This document shows positions 41,424-51,752 of a stretch of DNA of 64,000 nt, one piece after another. The translations under genes were made by a program, and so were the position numbers. Position 1 is the stretch's first letter. Every line of letters starts with the position of its first letter. The stretch lies in IMG/VR virus record IMGVR_UViG_2718218133_000001, one strand, 5' to 3'. The notes under the pieces are model-generated. The model saw only the letters and a list, made by a program, of their open reading frames with translations. It was not told the DNA's origin and made no database searches. The stretch is from a virus (Duplodnaviria; Heunggongvirae; Uroviricota; Caudoviricetes).

Positions 41424-42101
41424 ATGAATAACATGACAACGAAAGAGCTTTTGACGGCACTTCCAAAATACAAAAGCCATAAAACAGTTCGCGCCTCAAA
41501 AATCAAAGATATCGAAATTATCGCCCTAATGGATGTGGTCCTTTTTTGCAACATCGAAGTCGTTGAGCCAGAAGGGGTAAAAGTCCATGTTGATAAAATA
41601 TTTTTGCAAAAACACCGACCAGAAATTGGCGGATATCTGGTCGCTTATGAGGACGGATCTCTGTCCTATTCACCAGAAAAAACATTTGAAGAAGGCTTTA
41701 GTCGGACTAACGACTTCTTCGAAAATGGGGTATCGCTCAGCATTGAAGGTCACAATGGGGTGACATTCATTACAGCCAGGGACGTAACTATTTCTGCTGG
41801 CGGTATCGCTACTCTACAAGAAGAAATCGACCTTGAAGCAGCCGACTTTTCTGACGCGCTGATGTGGCTGAAGGATGGCAAGAAAGTTGCCCGACGCGGG
41901 TGGAACGGCGAAAACCAATTCTGCTGGCTGGTTCCTGAAGGACAGTACCCGGCACGAATGGAAGCCATTAAGGGATATTTCCCCGGCGACCTCGTTCCGT
42001 ATGGTGCTTATTTCGCCTTAAAAAATGCACAAGGTGTAGTTGTTCCGTGGGTTCCTTCTGTAGGCGACTTACTGGCATGTGACTGGTTTGTAGTGGAGTG
42101 A
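41424..42101 (+). CDS. hypothetical protein with DUF2829-like C-terminal domain
   Basis: ATG with GAGGAAAG RBS inside the track ORF; C-terminal ALMWLKDGKKVARRGWNG..FCWLV pattern. Confidence 0.4.
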   Translation: MNNMTTKELLTALPKYKSHKTVRASKIKDIEIIALMDVVLFCNIEVVEPEGVKVHVDKIFLQKHRPEIGGYLVAYEDGSLSYSPEKTFEEGFSRTNDFFENGVSLSIEGHNGVTFITARDVTISAGGIATLQEEIDLEAADFSDALMWLKDGKKVARRGWNGENQFCWLVPEGQYPARMEAIKGYFPGDLVPYGAYFALKNAQGVVVPWVPSVGDLLACDWFVVE

Positions 42102-42107
42102 TTTAAC

Positions 42108-42890
42108 GTGGAAAATACTAAAGCAATTCAATACCGCCTGCGTAATGGTCAGAGTGTCGAAGTGACCATCAATAATGATGGTGTGCCTGGCGAAAAGGTT
42201 TCGATCTCTGATCTGGCTATCGAAAAAACCATCATGTGCCACCTTGGCTTTACTGAAGAAGTGAGCAAAAAGCATGGTGTAGCAATCTGGAGCGCAATGG
42301 ATACTGGTATGCACAGATTCATTACTGCTCGTACCCCAGGGATGACCATGATGGACCTCATGCAGATTGCGCCGCTGTTTGAATGTGAGCCTTTAGATGT
42401 ATTCAGCAATCCAGCTATCTGCCAGCAGCTATATGGTGAGATGAAACTCGCGGTTACCCCCATTGTGCTGCATGAAGGATCGCTTGCTGGCGTGTGGAAA
42501 GTGGAGCGTATTTCAAGCTACATGCCTTTCCATGTCAACGGCGTAATCACTGGTGAAAATCAACCTGTTTCCGTTATAAAGTCAGACCTCAAGCGCGCAA
42601 TTCTTGAAGCAAGTTGTCGAGTTGTCGGCCTGGGCAAACAGTCTTATGTTTCCTTCCCGGCTGGCCCTGAAGGCCCGGCAGAAATTCTGATTATGGATGC
42701 CGATCTGCTCTGGCAAATACAGTTTCTGATTGGCAAAAGCATCATCCGCGCTGAAGAACTCGATCAGTACATTACCTGCACGATGACGGATGAAGTCAAA
42801 AGTGTGGCTATAGCCAATGCCCGGAACCTATGTCGTGCCGCATTAACAGAACTGCAAGAAAACACCACGGAAGAAGTGGAAAGCGATTAA
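42108..42890 (+). CDS. hypothetical protein
   Basis: 260-aa ORF, GTG start; ends at a bidirectional terminator. Confidence 0.4.
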   Translation: MENTKAIQYRLRNGQSVEVTINNDGVPGEKVSISDLAIEKTIMCHLGFTEEVSKKHGVAIWSAMDTGMHRFITARTPGMTMMDLMQIAPLFECEPLDVFSNPAICQQLYGEMKLAVTPIVLHEGSLAGVWKVERISSYMPFHVNGVITGENQPVSVIKSDLKRAILEASCRVVGLGKQSYVSFPAGPEGPAEILIMDADLLWQIQFLIGKSIIRAEELDQYITCTMTDEVKSVAIANARNLCRAALTELQENTTEEVESD

Positions 42891-42920
42891 AAAAAATCCC
42901 GCCGAGTGGCGGGATTTCTT
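42888..42920. terminator. bidirectional intrinsic terminator
   Basis: a8-atcccgcc-gagt-ggcgggat-ttt; perfect 8-10 bp GC stem between convergent stops. Confidence 0.7.
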
Positions 42921-43228
42921 CAATATACGATCTGGTCTACATGATCACCAAAATCATCGTCGTCGTCCTCATCGCCACCATCTACTGCTGGCCAATCAAC
43001 AAACCAGCCAGCGTAAAGATGCAGCGTTCGGAGAACATCACTTGCGGGAGCATCAAGGGTGTTAACGAATCCCATATAGCTATTGGGATTTGCCCCAGCT
43101 ATGGCTTCAGCGATCATGTCCTCGGTAATGTCACCGGAGATAATGCTTAAACGCCCGGAAACTTCTTCATTATCATCAAATTCGATAATGGCATCTCCAC
43201 CTAATGGCGCTGCGATTTTAATCTGCAT
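42920..43228 (-). CDS. hypothetical acidic protein
   Basis: 102-aa ORF downstream of the ddrB-position gene; DDDDD run. Confidence 0.35.
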   Translation of the reverse strand: MQIKIAAPLGGDAIIEFDDNEEVSGRLSIISGDITEDMIAEAIAGANPNSYMGFVNTLDAPASDVLRTLHLYAGWFVDWPAVDGGDEDDDDDFGDHVDQIVY

Positions 43229-46205
43229 TATTTAGCTCCTTTGCCACACCTAATAACAGTTCCAGCAATCCGTCACCATTCATCAGTGATGCGGCAGCGG
43301 CCTCTTTGTCATGATACAACTGAAGAGCCATAGAGAATACTTCCGTTGCTGACGTTTTGGAAATAGTCGGTGATTTCTGCCGAATTTTCCCGGTGTTACT
43401 TACTGAGGCTGGCGGGTATACCTTCGCCATATAAATATTACTCAATCGAGATCTGAAGCACCATTCAGGCTTGCCACGCCCACCGATATTGACGAAAGAT
43501 GGCTTATCCCCTTCAACATTGGCCTTCAGGAATGACCGGGCTTTCTCTAACAAACCAGGGTTACTGTACTCAAGATGATGACCCAGCTCGTGCCACAGTG
43601 CACTTGCATTTTCATCGTTCAAATTGACAGCAACAACACCATTTAGATTTGCATATGCCCTTCCCTGGTGGTGAACCACCTTTGATAAGGTCGATATTTT
43701 CCCGCCGGTCAGGCGATAAATATCAGCAAGTTCCTTGCGCAGGTCTATCCCACCATTCTGTCCAGCGCGGACTTCTTCCACTTCTTCTGTGATAAAAGAG
43801 TCGGCCCACTCAAGAGCTTTTTCTTCAGATACGGATGAGTTTGCGATCGCACTGTTCATGGCAGATAACACTTTCTCGTGGACCGAACCCATACTTCGCT
43901 GATTCATTTGCCAGCGTATCTGCGGGTTATATGAGAATCGCTTAAGTAGTTGGTCAAGCTGCTCAAGTTCTTCTTCACTGACATACTTTTTAGCCTCACC
44001 AATAATGCCAGGGAGAATATTGCCGTTAGGATTAAACGCTCGCGAAAGGAAGAGTTTCAGCGCCCCCATGCCCTCCGATGCTTCAATATCACCAATAACC
44101 CGGTTAACAATGGCCGCACTCTTCGGATTAGCATCCGCCAACGCTCTGGCTACGATTTGCAGGGACGATACGACCTCACGCTGCATATCAGTCCTGATCT
44201 CATCAATAAACTCTGGCGTTATGCCGTGCTCTTTAAGAATATCCCGGCCTTCCGCCGTTACCCCATCGATATCACCGACATGTTTATTAACACGACTTTG
44301 CAATGCCTTAAATGCCTTCAGAATTCCACGGGCATCATCCGCTTTACTAACGGCCTTCCTGAATGCTGGCAAGAAGTCTGAGTTAACCTCATTTTGTTGA
44401 TCGGCCCACTGAATGGAGGCTTCTTTCATCTCGTCCAGAGTCAGATCACCCAACGCGGTATGGTCTGTGAATATGAGCGACAACCTCTGAACCATTTCTG
44501 CCAATGGTGATGCCGAATGCGCCGCGCTAAGGAATGCTTTCACCCTGGTTGGGCGAATGGAAAACCAGTCAATAGCTGGTGGCATATCTCCGTTTTTTAT
44601 CGCCTGCGCTATCTCGTCAAAGCCATCGCGCCCAAGGGAGGATGCGTGATTTAACAAGCCGCGAAGTAACGAATTGCTGATACCGAATAATCGGCACCAT
44701 TTTTTCACGTCGGCAACAGGCATTCGAACAAAATGCGCAAGCACTTGTACAAGCTGTTCATCCTGGGGATCTGTGCGGGAAAGCAGCCTGATCAGATGAA
44801 TAATGTCTTTGATGCCGGATGCCCGATGTAATAGCAAACTGGTATACGGAGCAACACCGTTGTAACTACCGCCGGAAACGGACTCGAAAAGACCGCCGGA
44901 TATCCCTTGCATGCCTTCGTTTTCCAGTTCCTGAGACACCTGGCGAAGGATATCCTGTAACGACACATCGCCGCCGCCAAACATATCCCCCAGCGCCTGG
45001 CCCTGGTGCTGTAACTCATCATTGATACGTTGAGCCATCAACTTAAAGGCGGTGGCCATACGCTTCGCGCTACGGTTATTCGCGACGATGAACAACGCGA
45101 GTGCTTTCACTTCCGGGGCCGTTTCGCTGAACATATCCCCCTGAGCAATAACATCGGTAATATGCTGGCCTGACTCCTTCGATTGCCTTACCAGGTCTAC
45201 CGCATCTTTCAATGCCGCCAGCGCCTTTTTATCGAGGCTATCTGCTGTCTCAATGCCATCAACAATAGTTGTCACAGCCTGCTTGTGCGCTTCTCCTGAT
45301 AAAGCCTGCATCTGGACAAAATCATTGGCTGCCGCATTAAGCGCCGTCAGAACATTACGCATATCCGGATCAGGTTCTTCTGCAACCATCCTTACCAGGC
45401 GCGCATCCTTATATGCCTTGGCAAAGATCGCGTTTTGTATACGGTCTACAAGTTGCCGTGTTGGTCGCCCATCTTCAGTTACAAGGCCAGCCGCCTGTGT
45501 GGCACCAACTTGCGTCATAAATCCGCGAATAAACGCGTCATTACTGCGGCTAAGCAGATCTCCGCTTTCTGACGGGTTAAAAAGCGCCATCATCGCCGGT
45601 GTTATGCTGTCGGCATCAACAAAAGCTTTTTCACTGGCTGCCATTTCCTGAAGATCAGAAATATTTGAGTCCTTGGCAAACTGAACGCGGTCAACCTTAG
45701 TTAACCGGCGGCGCACCAGTACCGGAGCCGTCATTGATTCAACCTTTTCAGGAGGTATGCCGAATTCGGTCGCATGTTCAATCAGGTACTCACGATACCG
45801 ATCCGCATTGCCGTCCTGATAGGCTTTGATGATCCCCATGGTCCGTCCATTACCTGACTCAACGGCATTGTCCTCACCAATTATCGGCGCACCATGGCTG
45901 GATAAACCGGAATCAGTAAGCTGAGCTGGCCGCAAATCTTTGGATATCTGGTTAACCTGAAGAAGGCTGGATGCGCGGGTCCGGTCGCGCGGCTGAAGTT
46001 CCTGGGGATAGTCAGGATTAATTTTCCCATCCAGAGTATTGGATACCAAAAGAGCTGAGGCATCGACGATATCAAACGCTGTTTTTACCTCGTCTCCCTT
46101 CGCTGTCACCACATACGAAACCCGCCCATAATCGGGCAGGTTCTTTAGCAGCTCGATCAGCGTTTCTATGCTGGTGGCCATTACCACCTGATCGCTTAAG
46201 CTCAT
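43218..46205 (-). CDS. large dar-operon protein (DdrB-like by position and size)
   Basis: 995-aa ORF downstream of the darA- and ddrA-position genes. Confidence 0.55.
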   Translation of the reverse strand: MSLSDQVVMATSIETLIELLKNLPDYGRVSYVVTAKGDEVKTAFDIVDASALLVSNTLDGKINPDYPQELQPRDRTRASSLLQVNQISKDLRPAQLTDSGLSSHGAPIIGEDNAVESGNGRTMGIIKAYQDGNADRYREYLIEHATEFGIPPEKVESMTAPVLVRRRLTKVDRVQFAKDSNISDLQEMAASEKAFVDADSITPAMMALFNPSESGDLLSRSNDAFIRGFMTQVGATQAAGLVTEDGRPTRQLVDRIQNAIFAKAYKDARLVRMVAEEPDPDMRNVLTALNAAANDFVQMQALSGEAHKQAVTTIVDGIETADSLDKKALAALKDAVDLVRQSKESGQHITDVIAQGDMFSETAPEVKALALFIVANNRSAKRMATAFKLMAQRINDELQHQGQALGDMFGGGDVSLQDILRQVSQELENEGMQGISGGLFESVSGGSYNGVAPYTSLLLHRASGIKDIIHLIRLLSRTDPQDEQLVQVLAHFVRMPVADVKKWCRLFGISNSLLRGLLNHASSLGRDGFDEIAQAIKNGDMPPAIDWFSIRPTRVKAFLSAAHSASPLAEMVQRLSLIFTDHTALGDLTLDEMKEASIQWADQQNEVNSDFLPAFRKAVSKADDARGILKAFKALQSRVNKHVGDIDGVTAEGRDILKEHGITPEFIDEIRTDMQREVVSSLQIVARALADANPKSAAIVNRVIGDIEASEGMGALKLFLSRAFNPNGNILPGIIGEAKKYVSEEELEQLDQLLKRFSYNPQIRWQMNQRSMGSVHEKVLSAMNSAIANSSVSEEKALEWADSFITEEVEEVRAGQNGGIDLRKELADIYRLTGGKISTLSKVVHHQGRAYANLNGVVAVNLNDENASALWHELGHHLEYSNPGLLEKARSFLKANVEGDKPSFVNIGGRGKPEWCFRSRLSNIYMAKVYPPASVSNTGKIRQKSPTISKTSATEVFSMALQLYHDKEAAAASLMNGDGLLELLLGVAKELNNAD

Positions 46206-46217
46206 CCCTGTTACGCC

Positions 46218-46583
46218 TTATGCTGCCTCTTTAATGTTGGCGGCTATCCATGCCGCCGTGTGCTGTTTAACCTGGTCCAGGTCGATGTATGTGCCAACAT
46301 ATTGACTCAAATCCTGCAAGGTACCGATAAATGCATCGGTGCTCTGATCGACGAATTTATCAGCCAGGAAATCAGCAACCAGTTTTGGCACACCATCATG
46401 TACCGAAGGTTGTTTTTCCTCGCCACTACTGCCGCCGGACACACCGTACCCCATCTGTTGCATGATCTGGTCAATTTCATCGCTGATATCCAGCAACTCC
46501 ATGCCACTCGCGGTAGCCGCTTTGGACATCAGAGCATCCAACTTATCGCTGAGATCCATTAACTCAATAGCTGATAGTGTCAT
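46218..46583 (-). CDS. small dar-operon protein (DdrA-like by position and size)
   Basis: 121-aa ORF between the darA- and ddrB-position genes. Confidence 0.45.
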   Translation of the reverse strand: MTLSAIELMDLSDKLDALMSKAATASGMELLDISDEIDQIMQQMGYGVSGGSSGEEKQPSVHDGVPKLVADFLADKFVDQSTDAFIGTLQDLSQYVGTYIDLDQVKQHTAAWIAANIKEAA

Positions 46584-48499
46584 GCCGCTACCCCCGCTTT
46601 CTGGATTGCTACCAACAGATCAGCCAGGTGGCGAGCTGCGCCGTTAACCAGCTCTTCGTTTTCCTCAAAACGTCCGGCAGCCTGAAGGGCTGCAATCGCT
46701 TCCCGGACATTGCCCCGGGCGTTACGGATCTCCGCCATGTCAGTGCTTTGTATATCCATCACGTTATTGAGATATTCAATGGCTTTATTAGCCTCTGCAT
46801 CTGCTTCGCTAACCGTTTCATCAGGCTGTGCCGTGGCCGGTTCTGGCTGAGTAATCTCACCGACTTCGGCCTGCAATGCATTGATCATGCTCTGCACCAT
46901 TTTCTCGGTGCCAGCGCCCCCCGGAAACGCAATATTGGGGAAAGTTTTTTGAAACTGAGTTTTCAGCATTACGCGGAACTCGTCTGGTGAGCTGGTGGCC
47001 AGCTCCAGAGCTTTTTGTGCATATTTGCCAAACGGACCATTAGTAAGTGTCTTCGCCAGGAAGTCGAAAGAATCCTCGCGAGGCAATAACTTCAGGTCGT
47101 ACTCACTCATTTGCTGATCAGAAAGCGGGGTATCGTAAGTAGCAATGCCGTAGCGTGCATATTCATAATACGGGTCACCTTCATCAGGGCGCGGCAGAAT
47201 TGCTTTGTTACCTTCAGGTATTGCGCCAGGGGCCGCCGGACGCATTTGCAGGGCATATCGATATGCACCTACAGAGACTTCTGGTTCAGGCGAAGAGCTA
47301 CCGGTATCCTCCGCTGGTTCAGGTTCGACGTTTTCCGGTTTATGTTCTTCTGGTTGGACCAGGTATTCCGATACATTACCCGCTTTATAGGCTTTAAACA
47401 GCTTGCCGATCGCATCTGCCATGTCCACACCCTGTATGGATTTAGCCTTGATCATGTATACGCTGCCATCCGGATCGGTTAACTGGATATACCCTTCGCC
47501 GCCCCCAATGAATTGCTTCATTGATGCACCATTACTGAGCGTCACTTCCCCGTCCATATGCATACGATTTTTGATACTGGCAAGGCGATCCGTCAGCGCG
47601 CGAGAGTGCCCACCAGTCATCCCCGCTGGAGCAATGGTATCGCGCCCACCAGTGCGATTGAGCTGATCAATCTCCGTCTGCAAACGCTCATTCTCTTCAT
47701 AAAGAGAATCCGCTTCCGATGCAACAGCGTTAATTTTCTGCTCCAGATCTGCCTTCTGCCCTTCTACCGCTGCCACCTGATCCGCGAGGTCGCTCATGGC
47801 ATCCTCTTTCTGGTCACTGTCAGCCTGTAGTTGGGTTATTTCATCAACAAGGGCTTTTTTCTTCTTCTGCGCACGCTGGAATTTTGCCGAGTTTTTCTCT
47901 GCAAGGTTGGCAAGTTTCATGGTGACCTGCGCCAGCGTCATATCACGTCCACTCATCGGAGCAACGGTGTGAGTAACGTCTTTTTTATTCAGTAAGAACT
48001 GGAAAGCAACCAGCGTATCGCTATTGGTGATCCGGTTTTCCGCTGTCGGGCTATGAAACAGAATGCTGATAGTCTGACCATCACTGAGCGGAATAATGGC
48101 TGGCAAGACCGGCAGCCCGTTAACGTTACGTGCCCGGCCAATTTCAGCGCCGCCGATCGCGCGCGCGCCGCTCTGGGCCACATCCCCCGTTTTATCACTC
48201 CCCGCAGAGATTCCGGTACCATTCAGCTTCTGGTTCAATGCCCGGACAAATGCCTGCATGGTCCGGTGTAACTGCAAACGAGTAGAACTAATCGCCTCCA
48301 GTAAATCCGTAGCACACCAGTGGATCGGCGTGTCATAGAAGAACGTAGCCTCGATTTCCTCCAGGGTGTTGGATTCCGTCATCAGATAGCGGTCCTCACC
48401 GGCCATTAATGCGCGATATTCATCATCAGTCACTGGCGGGGGAAGCACGTCAAGCCCAGGCTTGATCGTCACCCCTTTATTGATATTGAACTGTTCCAT
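46580..48499 (-). CDS. darA: DarA-like antirestriction/capsid protein
   Basis: 639-aa ORF in the expected operon position after the hdf-position gene; central coiled-coil. Confidence 0.6.
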   Translation of the reverse strand: MEQFNINKGVTIKPGLDVLPPPVTDDEYRALMAGEDRYLMTESNTLEEIEATFFYDTPIHWCATDLLEAISSTRLQLHRTMQAFVRALNQKLNGTGISAGSDKTGDVAQSGARAIGGAEIGRARNVNGLPVLPAIIPLSDGQTISILFHSPTAENRITNSDTLVAFQFLLNKKDVTHTVAPMSGRDMTLAQVTMKLANLAEKNSAKFQRAQKKKKALVDEITQLQADSDQKEDAMSDLADQVAAVEGQKADLEQKINAVASEADSLYEENERLQTEIDQLNRTGGRDTIAPAGMTGGHSRALTDRLASIKNRMHMDGEVTLSNGASMKQFIGGGEGYIQLTDPDGSVYMIKAKSIQGVDMADAIGKLFKAYKAGNVSEYLVQPEEHKPENVEPEPAEDTGSSSPEPEVSVGAYRYALQMRPAAPGAIPEGNKAILPRPDEGDPYYEYARYGIATYDTPLSDQQMSEYDLKLLPREDSFDFLAKTLTNGPFGKYAQKALELATSSPDEFRVMLKTQFQKTFPNIAFPGGAGTEKMVQSMINALQAEVGEITQPEPATAQPDETVSEADAEANKAIEYLNNVMDIQSTDMAEIRNARGNVREAIAALQAAGRFEENEELVNGAARHLADLLVAIQKAGVAA

Positions 48500-48500
48500 G

Positions 48501-49112
48501 TTAATTTCCTGCTTTCAGTTGCTTAAGACGGCGTTTGAGTTCGCCATTTCGGGCCTTTTCGTTATTGAGTCGGCCTGTCTCCTTATCCAGCTTCGCCCGC
48601 AAATCAGTGATCTGCTGTTGATTGAAAGACACCGAGTTCTGCGCTGATTTATAAGCGGCAACCACCTGAGCATTCCGCTGTTTTGCCTCTTGCAGGCGCT
48701 GAAAGTTGGATTTTACTGCCGGTTTCTTGTCTACCGGATTGGCAACACGTTTCGCTTTGGCGATCAGTGAGTTCTGGAATTTTGCGGAGTTTTTGCGGGC
48801 CGCTTGCCCCATGACGGTACCAAGCGTCTTGATATCCGGCGATTGAGCGTTAGGAATAGCTTTTCCATTCAGCCTCACAGACGATATATCGCCAGTATCG
48901 TTTACCTGTATGGCAAGAATTTGTCCGTCGTTAAGAACCAGCTTTGCGGTTTTAACTTTAACGCCATCTTTCGTTGTTGCGCGGTTGCTGGAGTCAACCT
49001 CAATTACCGTAACACCGGTTTTATTGATCGCCGCGATAAGGGATTTCAGCCCCTTTTCATTAACCTGGTCAAAATCGACCGTTGCATACTTATTTTTCGT
49101 CATCTGACACAT
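48501..49112 (-). CDS. Hdf-like head morphogenesis protein (first gene of dar operon)
   Basis: 203-aa ORF directly upstream of darA; basic coiled-coil C-terminus. Confidence 0.5.
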   Translation of the reverse strand: MCQMTKNKYATVDFDQVNEKGLKSLIAAINKTGVTVIEVDSSNRATTKDGVKVKTAKLVLNDGQILAIQVNDTGDISSVRLNGKAIPNAQSPDIKTLGTVMGQAARKNSAKFQNSLIAKAKRVANPVDKKPAVKSNFQRLQEAKQRNAQVVAAYKSAQNSVSFNQQQITDLRAKLDKETGRLNNEKARNGELKRRLKQLKAGN

Positions 49113-49533
49113 CCTGTGCGAGATTTATTACGTAACTTCTGCGGATTTGCTGAGTAACAGGGAAAATCCGATACAACGGGTTAATGAACGAGTCGCCATG
49201 CGTAACCATGACGTTGAAATGCCACAGTCGCTCTCCTTTACCCATATATTCAGTGGGTATGTACAACCATTCACTGTTTTCGCCCTGTTCAGCCGACGTC
49301 AAACAACGTTGTTCGCCTTCAATCACTGTCGTCGGCTTCTGAACATCGCGGATCCAATATCTGACCGTTGCGCCGCGCAAAAACGGGAATTTAGACCGGT
49401 ATTTGAACGGCACCCGGATGAAACCCGGTTTAATTTCCACATCACCAAGTTCTAAATGCGTGATGTCCTTGCGTTTTAGCAAATAGCGATCGGCTAAGGC
49501 TAACGCAAGAACGCATACACCCCAGCCAATCAT
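49090..49533 (-). CDS. LydB-like antiholin-position protein
   Basis: 147-aa ORF overlapping the holin stop. Confidence 0.45.
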   Translation of the reverse strand: MIGWGVCVLALALADRYLLKRKDITHLELGDVEIKPGFIRVPFKYRSKFPFLRGATVRYWIRDVQKPTTVIEGEQRCLTSAEQGENSEWLYIPTEYMGKGERLWHFNVMVTHGDSFINPLYRIFPVTQQIRRSYVINLAQDVSDDEK

Positions 49534-49859
49534 TTCCCGCCTCCCTTTTTCACCAAACTTGTAAGAACATTCAGAATGCTATCGATATTCACTCGTTTCA
49601 TCCCTGAAATCACCTCATGACCGTTATTGCTGGCTATCGTTACCATTAAGTACGTAATTGATAACTCCCAGCCCTCGTGTTGCCCCAATAGGTACGCCAC
49701 CGCGCCAGCTGTCACTGCAACAAAGATCTCCGTAACCAATCCCAACAAATTGCCAGACTGGCGACCGTCTCGGACATCCATCAGGAACGTGCCTATCCCA
49801 CCAATTACTGAAAGCAGGAGCGCAATAGCAACTGGAGCTAATTCCTGTGTGTCAAGCAC
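49530..49859 (-). CDS. holin (LydA-like)
   Basis: 109 aa; hydrophobic segments; charged C-terminus. Confidence 0.6.
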   Translation of the reverse strand: MLDTQELAPVAIALLLSVIGGIGTFLMDVRDGRQSGNLLGLVTEIFVAVTAGAVAYLLGQHEGWELSITYLMVTIASNNGHEVISGMKRVNIDSILNVLTSLVKKGGGK

Positions 49860-49933
49860 AAGTTCCCTCCTACGTTGTCAGGAGGTAATGGTATGCAAAG
49901 TAACTTCTCAACCGGTTATGTTGCATAAGAGAC

Positions 49934-50197
49934 TTACCTATTCAACCGACTTTTGGAACCTTCAATAATAAGCCTGCTATTGGCGCTGAAAATAAGAACC
50001 ATGCAGCTCTGAAGGCTTTCATTCATATCCTTATATTCCGCGAGATACATGCCAATAAAGCCAGCAAGTACGGCGGAAATACATTCGGCCAGCAATTTCT
50101 TGCATGAAGACTCGTAACGGTTTTCACATAGCCCACTCAAATACGAATACACCCCACCAAGAAGGGATAACATCACGATATGTACATAAAATGTCAT
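49934..50197 (-). CDS. small membrane protein (possible second holin-like gene)
   Basis: 87 aa with two hydrophobic stretches. Confidence 0.4.
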   Translation of the reverse strand: MTFYVHIVMLSLLGGVYSYLSGLCENRYESSCKKLLAECISAVLAGFIGMYLAEYKDMNESLQSCMVLIFSANSRLIIEGSKSRLNR

Positions 50198-50324
50198 TTT
50201 TTACCTATACAACAGTAAGTTGAACAACATCTGAGAACGGTATGCACTTTGTGATTTCCACACACACTGGTTTTGTTAATTAAAACCTGTAGCTTGCAAT
50301 AAATAACGATAGTGGGCAGAAAAT

Positions 50325-50510
50325 ATGCTAATAGGCTATGTACGCATATAGACAAATGAACAAAACACAGCTATGCAGTGAAAAGCACTTGAAAGCGCAG
50401 GATGTGAGCTAATTTTTGCGAATAAGGCGAGCAGCAAAAAGGCTGGGCACCCTGGGTTAAAAAAGGTTCTGCGTATGCTTTCCAGAGGTGATACCCTAGT
50501 CTCGGGCTAG
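50325..50510 (+). pseudogene. degenerate 5' remnant of a cin/gin-type serine invertase gene
   Basis: Translation MLIGYVRI*TNEQNTAMQ*KALESAGCELIFANKASSKKAGHPGLKKVLRMLSRGDTLV matches the N-terminus of Cin/Gin invertases but has in-frame TAG (codon 9, where the catalytic Ser is expected) and TGA (codon 19), then diverges. Confidence 0.6.
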
Positions 50511-50632
50511 GGACAACATTTCGAGGACAGTTTTCATTAGCGGTCAGCAGGCGCTAGATACATCGAATTGATGTGCCGCGCGATAAATGTACCTATTCTA
50601 TCAAGATAAATTACACCGACGCGGCATTAGAA

Positions 50633-51205
50633 TTACAGCTCAGATTGAGTTTGGCGCTTCTCTACAGGATGATAACGATAAATCGTCGATACACCGATAT
50701 CGTAAATAATTGCCAACTGTTTCCTGCTGTAGCCATTTTCGATCAACCTCGCTATTTGCTCATGTTGTTCTTTTGTCAACTTCGGGCGACGTCCGCCAAT
50801 GCGTCCCTGTTCGCGTGCAGCTGCCAGTCCGGCCAGTGTTCTCTCAACAATTAATTCACGTTCCATTTCTGCTAAAGCCCCCATGACGTGAAAAAAGAAA
50901 CGCCCCATGGGTGTTGATGTGTCAATACTGTCTGTCAGACTACGGAAATTAACACCTTTTTCCCGCAACTCCTCTATAAGCGTGATAAGGTGTTTCATAC
51001 TTCTGCCAAGCCTATCCAGCTTCCAGACAACCAGCGTATCTCCTTCTGATAACGTTCTGAGCAGCTTTTTCAAGCCTGGTCTGGCTGACTTTGTTCCGCT
51101 TATTTTATCTTCAAAAATCAGTTCACATCCTGCGCAGTTCAGTGCATTTCTTTGTAAATCTGTGTTTTGGTCATTTGTTGACACACGAATGTAGCCAATT
51201 TGCAT
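50633..51205 (-). CDS. cin: Cin/Min-family serine DNA invertase
   Basis: From the ATG at 51203-51205: MQIGYIRVSTNDQNTDLQRNAL..; resolvase catalytic domain plus C-terminal HTH; adjacent to the first crossover site. Confidence 0.9.
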   Translation of the reverse strand: MQIGYIRVSTNDQNTDLQRNALNCAGCELIFEDKISGTKSARPGLKKLLRTLSEGDTLVVWKLDRLGRSMKHLITLIEELREKGVNFRSLTDSIDTSTPMGRFFFHVMGALAEMERELIVERTLAGLAAAREQGRIGGRRPKLTKEQHEQIARLIENGYSRKQLAIIYDIGVSTIYRYHPVEKRQTQSEL

Positions 51206-51259
51206 GAAAAACAACCTCTTTGTTTAGTTAAAAATACATCGTTGGTATAGGTAGGGATT

Positions 51260-51285
51260 AAGACTAAAACGTTGGTTTGGGGGAA
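51260..51285 (+). repeat. invertase crossover site 1 (hix/gix-like)
   Basis: ..aaaacg-TT-ggtttgggggaa; resembles the hix core AAAACC-AA-GGTTTTT; conserved half-site GGTTTGGGGGAA. Confidence 0.55.
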
Positions 51286-51752
51286 GGCTCTGCATTGCCT
51301 GTTGGTGTACCTGTTCCATGGCCCTCAGCCACACCACCAACGGGGTGGCTAAAATGTAACGGAGCAGCATTTTCTTCTGAAAAGTACCCAAATCTGGCAA
51401 AGGTTTACCCAACGTTAAAATTACCTGATTTACGCGGTGAGTTTATCCGTGGTTGGGATGATGGGCGCGGGGTGGATGCGGGACGTGCTTTATTGAGCAT
51501 TCAGACAGGAATGCTGGAAAAGCACCGACATATTGTTGTAGCCAATGATGGTTACGACACAAAAGATGAATGGGAGCTGGCGACAATTTTCAAAAAAACA
51601 TACACACAAGGACGGGGCTTGATGCCTCAAATACAGGAGGGAATTTGATTCCATCACCGACACTTCATTCTCGAGGGAGTATTGGTAATACTGGCGGGAG
51701 TGAAACCCGTCCACGAAATATCGCATTTAATTACATCGTAAGGGCGGCATAA
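51277..51752 (+). pseudogene. tail-fibre variable cassette 1 (frameshifted)
   Basis: Conserved N-terminal module GEGSALPVGVPVPWPSATPPTGWLKCNGAAFSSE.. in frame 1 (track ORF 51277..51648); conserved C-terminal ETRPRNIAFNYIVRAA only in another frame (track ORF 51570..51752). Confidence 0.45.

Noticed and set aside
50200-50324. tRNA gene search in the lydC-cin intergenic region (P1 carries tRNA genes elsewhere)
   Set aside because: No cloverleaf-compatible acceptor/T-arm pattern found by eye; the region is explained by the invertase remnant.
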